Assembly: GCA_964291395.2 (NCBI GenBank)
Contig: OZ219858.1
Location: 384,001-448,000 of the forward strand
DNA length: 64,000 nucleotides
Direction: 5' to 3'
Origin: Alphaproteobacteria bacterium
Lineage (GTDB): Bacteria; Pseudomonadota; Alphaproteobacteria; UBA2966
The notes beneath the pieces were generated by a model that had not been told where the DNA came from, did not search any database, and was given only the letters and a program-made list of their open reading frames with translations. Position numbers and translations under genes: made by a program. Positions within the stretch are counted from its first letter, which is position 1, and the number at the start of each line of letters is the position of its first letter. Below, piece by piece: positions 57,754 through 64,000 of this stretch.

Positions 57754-58014
57754 CTATTCGTCGTCGAGGCCGAGCACGCGGCGGCTGAAGGCGGGATCGT
57801 TGAACTCCTCCGGCCAGCCTTCCCCGTCACCCTCGATCCCGAGACGCCGCCGCGCCGCTTCCAGTTTCTCGAAGTCGATCCCGCCGCGCCGGTCGCAGCG
57901 CACCAGCTCGGCCACCGGCCGGCCGTGCCTGGTGATGATCACCCGCTCGCCGTCGCGGGCAGCGGCGACCAGTTCGGACAGGCGCGCTTTTGCGTCGCGT
58001 ATGGCAAGTTCCAC
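57754..58014 (-). CDS. vapB: Phd/YefM-family antitoxin
   Basis: DAKARLSELV...GERVIITRHGRPVAEL; directly upstream of the toxin. Confidence 0.9.
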   Translation of the reverse strand: MELAIRDAKARLSELVAAARDGERVIITRHGRPVAELVRCDRRGGIDFEKLEAARRRLGIEGDGEGWPEEFNDPAFSRRVLGLDDE

Positions 58015-58189
58015 GGCGAACCGCTCCCGGCTTGGGCTTAGCCTCCGCCAGCATGCCCGTGCGGAGTATCTAATTCAACACCACATCGTGACCATATTAG
58101 CCTCGCCCTCTTGACGGTCGCGCGCCGGCGGCCCCACCTGTCAGATTGGGTAATCGGGGTCGGAGAATCAGGGGAGTGTTCCTCACCAC

Positions 58190-60514
58190 CTAACTGCACT
58201 TCGAGTAGCCGCAGGACGTGCAGGTATCGCAGTTCTCCATGCGGATGACACTGGCCTGGGCGCAGCGCGGGCAGGGCCGGAATCCCGAGTTCCCCGCCTC
58301 GCCGCCCCCCGCCGAGGCGGCGAGCTGCAACTTCTCGGCGCCGACACCCGCCTCGGGCCGTTGGATGAAGCCGATCTCCACGAGGTGCTGCTCGATGACC
58401 TCGCCGATGGCAGCGAGCAGAGACGGGATGTAGCGCCCGCCCATCCAGTGGCCGCCACGGGGATCGAACACGGCCTTCAACTCGTCGACCACGAACGAGA
58501 CGTCCCCGCCGCGGCGGAATACCGCCGAGACCATGCGGGTCAGCGCCACCGTCCAGGCATAGTGCTCGGTGTTCTTGGAATTGATGAACACCTCAAAGGG
58601 ACGCCGCCGGCCGTCGATGACGATGTCGTTGATGGTGATGTACATGGCGTGATCGCTCTCGGGCCAGCGCACCTTGTAGGTGGCGCCCGGGAGCACTTCG
58701 GGCCGGTCCAGCGGCTTGGTCATGTAGACCACGCCGCCTGCCTCGTAGATATCCTTTGGCCGCGTCTGCGGTTCCTCGAGCGGCAGCTCGACCTGGGAAT
58801 CGTCCGCCTCGTCCCGGTGGTCGGCCCGCAGTACGGCGCCGGTGACGTCATTCGGCCGGTAGGTCGTGCATCCCTTGCAGCCGGACTCGTAAGCCTCCAG
58901 GTAGACGTTCTCGAACGAATCGAACGGAATGCCTTCCGGAACGTTGATGGTCTTGGAGACGGCCGCATCCACGTACTTCTGAACCGCAGCCTGCATACGC
59001 AGATGATCCGGCGGCGTCAGGTGCCGGGCATCGACGAAGGCGTCGGTCAGCGGGGTGTTCTCGCCAAAGTGCTGCTTGTAGAGGCGGAAGGCGTAGTCGC
59101 TGACCTGCTCCTCGCGCCGGGTTCCGTCCGCCATCAGCACGTTGCGGGTGTAGGTGAAGCTGAAGACCGGCTCCAGCCCGGACGAAACGTTGTTGGCCAC
59201 GATCGAGATGGTTCCCGTCGGCGCAACCGAGGTGAGCAAAGCGTTGCGGATCCCGTTCGACGCGATCGCGTCACGAACGTCATCGTCGAGATCCTGCACG
59301 GTTTCCGAAGCGAGAAACGGCTCCTTCTCGAACAACGGGAAGGCCTGCTTCTCGTCCGCAAGCGCCGCCGAGGCGAGATAGGCCGACCGCCGCAGGGCCG
59401 ACATCCAGCGTTCCGTCAGTTCGACGGCGCGGGGGCCGCCGTAGCGGGCACCGCACATGATGAGGGCGTCCGCGAGGCCCGTGACCCCAAGGCCGATCCG
59501 GCGCTTGGCCTTCGCTTCGTGATCCTGCCGGGGCAACGGGAAGCGCGAGCAATCGATGGCGTTGTCGAGCATGCGCACGGCCACGGCGACGAGGTCCGAC
59601 AACCTACCGGTATCGATGTCCGCCTCCGGCGTGAACGGCGCCTGGACCAGGGCGGCGAGGTTGACGGAGCCGAGCAGGCAGGCGCCATAGGGTGGCAGGG
59701 GCTGTTCGCCACAGGGATTGGTCGCGCTGATCGTTTCCGCATAATTCAGGTTATTCGCGCGGTTGACCCGGTCGATGAAGATCACACCGGGTTCGGCATA
59801 GGCGTAAGTCGCCCGCATGATCTTGTTCCACAATTCCCGGGCGGGCAGGCTCTTGTAGCAGGTACCGCCGAATACCAGTTCCCAAGGGCGGTCGTCCTTC
59901 ACCGCGTCCATGAACGCATCGGTGACCAGGACCGAAAGGTTGAACATGCGCAGCCGGCCCGCATCCCGTTTGGCGTCGATGAAAGTCTCGATATCCGGGT
60001 GGTCGCAGCGCATGGTCGCCATCATCGCGCCGCGGCGGTGTCCCGCGCTCATGATGGTACGGCACATCGAATCCCAGACGTCCATGAACGTGAGGGGGCC
60101 GGACGCGTCGGCGCCAACCCCTCTGACCGGCGCACCCTTGGGCCGCAGCGTGGAGAAGTCGTAGCCGATTCCGCCACCCTGCTGCATGGTCAGGGCGGCT
60201 TCCTTCAGGTGCTCGAAGATCCCCGCCATGTCGTCAGGGATGGTGCCCATGACGAAGCAATTGAAGAGGGTGACGTCGCGCTCCGTACCGGCGCCGGCAA
60301 GAATCCGGCCGGCGGGCAGGAACTTGAACCCTTCCAGCGCGTCGTAGAATCTCCCTTCCCAATCCGCGGGCGTCGTCTCGACGGCCGCGAGCACCGCCGC
60401 CACCCGGTGCCAGGAATCCTCGAGGGTCCTGTCGATCGGCGAGCCGTCCGCGGACTTGAAGCGGTACTTCATGTCCCAGATCTGCTGGGAGATCGGTTCG
60501 ATGGCTATCGTCAT
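58190..60514 (-). CDS. nrdJ: Adenosylcobalamin-dependent (class II) ribonucleotide reductase
   Basis: PAGRIL, NCFV, TNPCGEQ, APTGTIS, AVSKTIN, KGCTTYR, C-terminal CPRC..CTSCGYSKC. Confidence 0.95.
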   Translation of the reverse strand: MTIAIEPISQQIWDMKYRFKSADGSPIDRTLEDSWHRVAAVLAAVETTPADWEGRFYDALEGFKFLPAGRILAGAGTERDVTLFNCFVMGTIPDDMAGIFEHLKEAALTMQQGGGIGYDFSTLRPKGAPVRGVGADASGPLTFMDVWDSMCRTIMSAGHRRGAMMATMRCDHPDIETFIDAKRDAGRLRMFNLSVLVTDAFMDAVKDDRPWELVFGGTCYKSLPARELWNKIMRATYAYAEPGVIFIDRVNRANNLNYAETISATNPCGEQPLPPYGACLLGSVNLAALVQAPFTPEADIDTGRLSDLVAVAVRMLDNAIDCSRFPLPRQDHEAKAKRRIGLGVTGLADALIMCGARYGGPRAVELTERWMSALRRSAYLASAALADEKQAFPLFEKEPFLASETVQDLDDDVRDAIASNGIRNALLTSVAPTGTISIVANNVSSGLEPVFSFTYTRNVLMADGTRREEQVSDYAFRLYKQHFGENTPLTDAFVDARHLTPPDHLRMQAAVQKYVDAAVSKTINVPEGIPFDSFENVYLEAYESGCKGCTTYRPNDVTGAVLRADHRDEADDSQVELPLEEPQTRPKDIYEAGGVVYMTKPLDRPEVLPGATYKVRWPESDHAMYITINDIVIDGRRRPFEVFINSKNTEHYAWTVALTRMVSAVFRRGGDVSFVVDELKAVFDPRGGHWMGGRYIPSLLAAIGEVIEQHLVEIGFIQRPEAGVGAEKLQLAASAGGGEAGNSGFRPCPRCAQASVIRMENCDTCTSCGYSKCS

Positions 60515-60658
60515 CCGGACTTCCCGGTTCCCGGACCGTTATTCGTCGCCCGTTCGAGGGCTTCGCCGCATTGCCTTGCAGGCTTGACCATACGCTCCGT
60601 AACGCGGACCGGCCTGAAGGGAAGTGTAGTCCTGCCGCAAGGACCGGTCAAAGCATTT

Positions 60659-60757
60659 GTTCACGTTATGTTTCCACATCTCAATTGACAGTCATCCTAT
60701 TGATAAATAGTAAGAAAGATTAGTTATCCAGGTAATGCACAAGCCGTTTCATCCACA
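60659..60757. promoter_or_regulatory. AT-rich nrdJ upstream region with DnaA-box-like 9-mers and a LexA-box-like motif
   Basis: GTTC-N7-GTTT at 60659; GTTTCCACA 60670, TTATCCAGG 60724, TAATGCACA 60733, TCATCCACA 60749. Confidence 0.55.
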
Positions 60758-60792
60758 GCCTCAAAAAGGGTCCTCGATCCACCGTGGAGCCG

Positions 60793-61532
60793 TCAACGGA
60801 CCGGCGTTCGGAGCGTCTCGGACTCCGCCTCGTGTTCCAGCCTGCCCGTCGCCGACTCGATGCGCTCCTCCAATTCGGCGAGGAACGGCCCCCGCTCGAG
60901 TCCGGGCATGACGCGGGGCAGGAACTCTACGACAATGGTGCCGGGGTTGCGGCGGAGGGAGCGTCTCGGCCAGAACAAGCCCGAATTCAGGGCAGCCGGC
61001 ACGACGGGCAGTTCCAGTCCCCGATAGATGGCGACGACGCCGGACCGATAGGGGACGTGCGTCCCCGGTGCCGTACGGGTCCCTTGCGGGAAGATGATAA
61101 TCGGCTGGCCGCGTTCCTTCGCCCGCCGCGCCGACCAGAGCATGGACCTCAACGCAGCCGCGCCGCCCTTCCGGTCGATGGGGATCATCCCGGCCTTGAG
61201 CGAATACCAGCCATAGAACGGGATCCACAGCAGTTCGCGTTTCATCACCACCGCCGGATCGTCGACGATCACGTGCCAGATCAGCGTGTCCCAGGCCGAC
61301 TGGTGCTTCGATGCGACGATGATCGGGGGCTCCCCGAGGTTCTCGCGCCCGCGCACATCGAGCGTGATGCCGACGACGCAGCGCATCAACCACAACACGC
61401 CTTTCGCCCAGAAGGTCTGACAGCGAACGGTAACCAACCGGTCGAACGCGAGAATCGGCATGCAGACGACGAGCATGAACGCCGTCCAGGCATAAAAGCG
61501 AGATTGAAGACGATCGAACGGATAGCGATCAC
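60793..61532 (-). CDS. plsC: 1-acyl-sn-glycerol-3-phosphate acyltransferase, frameshifted at about 61495
   Basis: KHQSAWD, FPQGTR, ALNSG; the N-terminal VIAIRSIVFNLAF joins the main frame if one T is added to a T4 run. Confidence 0.88.
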
Positions 61533-62161
61533 GTGCCTGACCCGTCGCTGTCTTGCGGATCGTCCATGATCCGGGTCCAGGCCAGACTCATCAGGTACTT
61601 GCTGTACTCGGTCGCGACCAGGCTTGCGGTCCCCGGCCAGCGCCACCACTGCGAAAGCTTGACGTGGGTCGGAAATACAGGATGAGCGATGAGGACGGCT
61701 CCCGGCATGGCGCGGCGAAACTCGAGCAGGCTGCGCGGCATGTGATAGGCGCCCGTCACCACCCGGAGCGATCGATAGCCCTCCTCGGCGGCCCAGCGCG
61801 AGGTCTCCGAGGCGTTGCCGGCCGTATTCTTCGCGGACCTGCCGAGCACCACGCAGCACTCGAACATCTCGGGCTCTCGCTCAAGGAGCCGTTGCAACTG
61901 GGTCACCGACGTCAGCCGGTGCACGCCGGAAACGAACAATTTCCTGGCCTTGCCGGCGGCCAGGATGTCCAGTCCGGAAGCGAGCCGGTCGCTGCCTCCC
62001 GTGAGAACGACGACGCCATCCGTCACCCGCGCGGAGTCCTCGACGTCGTGAGGAAGCCCCGCAGCGAACCACATGAGTCCACCCGCCCAGACCAGGGCGG
62101 CCGAGATGACGGTCATCGCCGCGGTCCGCATCGTCGACCACCGCCGCCCGCGCGATCTCAT
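61529..62161 (-). CDS. YdcF/DUF218 family protein
   Basis: N-terminal TM, VVLTGG, SG, NTAGNA, VTGAYHMPRS, EYSKY. Confidence 0.9.
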   Translation of the reverse strand: MRSRGRRWSTMRTAAMTVISAALVWAGGLMWFAAGLPHDVEDSARVTDGVVVLTGGSDRLASGLDILAAGKARKLFVSGVHRLTSVTQLQRLLEREPEMFECCVVLGRSAKNTAGNASETSRWAAEEGYRSLRVVTGAYHMPRSLLEFRRAMPGAVLIAHPVFPTHVKLSQWWRWPGTASLVATEYSKYLMSLAWTRIMDDPQDSDGSGT

Positions 62162-62703
62162 CGCTCGCCGTCCAGCAGTGCGTCGACGGCGCCACGCAGG
62201 TTCTCGTAGACCGCCACCGGCAGGACGTCTTCCGGCAGGCCTTCCGCCTGAGTCGCGGCGCCGTTGCCCGTGCGGACGAGGATTCGGCGGCAGCCCGCGG
62301 ACGCAGCGGCCTGAAGGTCCCGAAGGGAATCCCCGATCATCGGTGTCTCGCCGGCCACCGCGCGATAACGGGACAACGCCTCACGCAGCATGCCGGCGCC
62401 GGGCTTGCGGCGCTCCGTAGCCGCCCCGGGCGCGTCGGTGCAGAAAAAGATGTCGTCAAGCCGGCCGCCCGCTCTCGCGAGCTCATCCCTCAGCACGTCG
62501 TGGATCCGATCGAGCATTTCCCGGGAGATGATGCCCCGGCCGACCACCGACTGATTGGTGATCAGCACGACTTTGTGACCTGCTGCGTTCAAGTCGGCAA
62601 CAGCCTCTGCGGACCCGTCGATCATCACCAGTTCGCCGGGCGACTTGACATGGTCGTCGCGATCCTCGTTGAGCACGCCGTCGCGGTCCATCAGTACGAG
62701 CAT
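62158..62703 (-). CDS. gmhB: D-glycero-D-manno-heptose 1,7-bisphosphate phosphatase (HAD-IIIA)
   Basis: DRDGVLN, TNQS, RKPGAGM, IGDSLRD, VRTG. Confidence 0.9.
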   Translation of the reverse strand: MLVLMDRDGVLNEDRDDHVKSPGELVMIDGSAEAVADLNAAGHKVVLITNQSVVGRGIISREMLDRIHDVLRDELARAGGRLDDIFFCTDAPGAATERRKPGAGMLREALSRYRAVAGETPMIGDSLRDLQAAASAGCRRILVRTGNGAATQAEGLPEDVLPVAVYENLRGAVDALLDGER

Positions 62704-62726
62704 GGCGTCCCCGCGATGATATATGG

Positions 62727-63614
62727 CTAAGGCATCCGCGCGAGAAACCGCATCACCGTGACGCGCGCGGTAATCGACGCGATGGCGGCGCCGGCAAGCG
62801 GCAGAGCGGCGAGGCCGGCCAGGAACGGCGGGTGCAGCCGTACCGCCGGCAGCAGGGAGCCTTCGAGATCGCGAGCGGGCAGCCAGAGGACCGCCACCGT
62901 GATCCCGGCGAGCAACAGGCCGAGCGTGCCGCCCCACAGCGCCATAAACACCGCCCTCCCCTGGAATTGGCGCGCGATGTAGGCGTCACGGGCGCCGATC
63001 AGGTGCAGCACCTCGATCACGTCGCGCTGGACGGCAAGACCGGTCCGCGTCGCAAACACGACCGTGGCGGCGGCGGCGAGCGCGATCAGCGCCACGATCA
63101 GGATGGCGATCAGTTCGGACGTGCGCGCCAGGCGCAGCACCTTCTGCAGCCAGACCTTGTGATCCTCGATCCGCGACCCGGGCACCGCGGTTCCCAGACG
63201 TTCGGCCAGACCCGCGAGATCCGCATCGCCGTTGCGGTTCAGCGCGACGTCGATCAGCCGCGGGATCGGAAGGCCCATGGAGAGCAGGTCCTTGCCGAGC
63301 CAGGGCTCGACGAGGCCGGCGACGTCGGCCTCAGCCATGGGTGTCGCGGACAGCACGCCCGGGGTCGCCAGGATGACGCTCAGCGCGGCCTCGACCCGCG
63401 CGTCGATTTCCGCATCGCCGCCCCCGACGAAGGGATCGACGACCACAGTGACGGAGCCTTGGAGACCCGCGCGCCAACGGTCGATGATCTGCTCCAGAAC
63501 CATGGTGGCGGAGAGCGCCAGCCCGGACAGATAAACCATCAGCGCGATGATCCAGGGAAGAAAGCGGCTCGCGCCATCCCGGCCCGGAGCGAGGTCGACG
63601 TACCGGGCGAACAT
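62727..63614 (-). CDS. ftsX: Cell division permease FtsX
   Basis: Four-TM topology, EPWLG, IEVLHLIGARDAYIARQF; downstream of ftsE. Confidence 0.9.
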   Translation of the reverse strand: MFARYVDLAPGRDGASRFLPWIIALMVYLSGLALSATMVLEQIIDRWRAGLQGSVTVVVDPFVGGGDAEIDARVEAALSVILATPGVLSATPMAEADVAGLVEPWLGKDLLSMGLPIPRLIDVALNRNGDADLAGLAERLGTAVPGSRIEDHKVWLQKVLRLARTSELIAILIVALIALAAAATVVFATRTGLAVQRDVIEVLHLIGARDAYIARQFQGRAVFMALWGGTLGLLLAGITVAVLWLPARDLEGSLLPAVRLHPPFLAGLAALPLAGAAIASITARVTVMRFLARMP

Positions 63615-64000
63615 CTACTTCCCCCCCTTGGCGACGTCCCGGCGGACCGACAACGTTCCCTGCTCGATGTGCAGAACGGGATGCCTGTAGCGCTCGACGA
63701 TCGTTCGGTCATGCGTGGCCAGCACCACCGTGGTGCCGATCTTGTTGAGCTCTTCGAACAGGCGAAGGATGCGGCTTCCCTGTTCCCCATCGACGCTGCC
63801 CGTGGGCTCGTCCGCGAGCAGCAGACGGGGCCGGCTGATCACCGCGCGCGCGATGGCGACCCGCTGCTTCTCGCCGTCGGACAGCGTCCGGGGCCGCGCA
63901 TCGAGATATTCCCCGAGGCCGACCCAGGTCAGGAGCTCCGCCACGTGTTCCCGGATCGTATCCCGGCGGGCTCCGGCGATCCGCAACGGCAGCGCGACGT
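63615..64000 (-). CDS. ftsE: Cell division ATP-binding protein FtsE (5' part outside window)
   Basis: LSDGEKQRVAIARA, LLADEPTG, ATHD. Confidence 0.9.
   Translation of the reverse strand, partial: VALPLRIAGARRDTIREHVAELLTWVGLGEYLDARPRTLSDGEKQRVAIARAVISRPRLLLADEPTGSVDGEQGSRILRLFEELNKIGTTVVLATHDRTIVERYRHPVLHIEQGTLSVRRDVAKGGK

Noticed and set aside
60515-60658. Cobalamin riboswitch or NrdR boxes upstream of nrdJ
   Set aside because: No B12-box and no convincing NrdR palindrome were found.
1-64000. CRISPR arrays, tRNA/rRNA genes, transposases, integrases, prophage genes
   Set aside because: No regularly spaced repeats, cloverleaf or rRNA signatures, or mobile-element protein motifs were seen by eye.

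Overview
High-GC alphaproteobacterial chromosomal window. The housekeeping gene order (metX-metW, chorismate mutase-hisC-tyrC, ftsE-ftsX-gmhB-YdcF-plsC-nrdJ) suggests a Rhodospirillales-like organism, and the gene content hints at a marine or host-associated lifestyle; both are inferences. Three blocks are visible. (1) About 1-25 kb is an accessory organic-nitrogen catabolism region: tandem SDRs, a bacterial voltage-gated Na+ channel, sarcosine/dimethylglycine-type flavoproteins, two AtzA/SsnA-like amidohydrolases, hydantoinase/oxoprolinase A plus two B subunits, a 2OG-Fe(II) oxygenase, an orphan SBP, a Sel1 protein, two amidases, an M20 carbamoylase and a class III aminotransferase. (2) About 25-41.5 kb is a periplasmic Cys-type formate dehydrogenase (fdhABC) cluster with the tungstate transporter tupABC and many poorly characterised accessory genes: WD40-cytochrome c, a half-TupA-cytochrome c fusion, an HdrA/MvhD-like polyferredoxin, Mrp, a degenerate BirA-like protein, DUF3305/3306/6494/6505 and a 41-aa membrane peptide. 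(3) About 41.8-64 kb holds housekeeping and detoxification genes, a Rieske/GMC/GFA module, vapBC and a class II RNR. Notable non-coding or relic signals are a dispersed, internally deleted but in-frame copy of part of the TorD-family gene after tyrC, 42-bp inverted repeats flanking the orphan hyuB gene, and DnaA-like and LexA-like boxes upstream of nrdJ. Three single-base frameshifts are probably read errors. No rRNA, tRNA, CRISPR array or transposase was seen.
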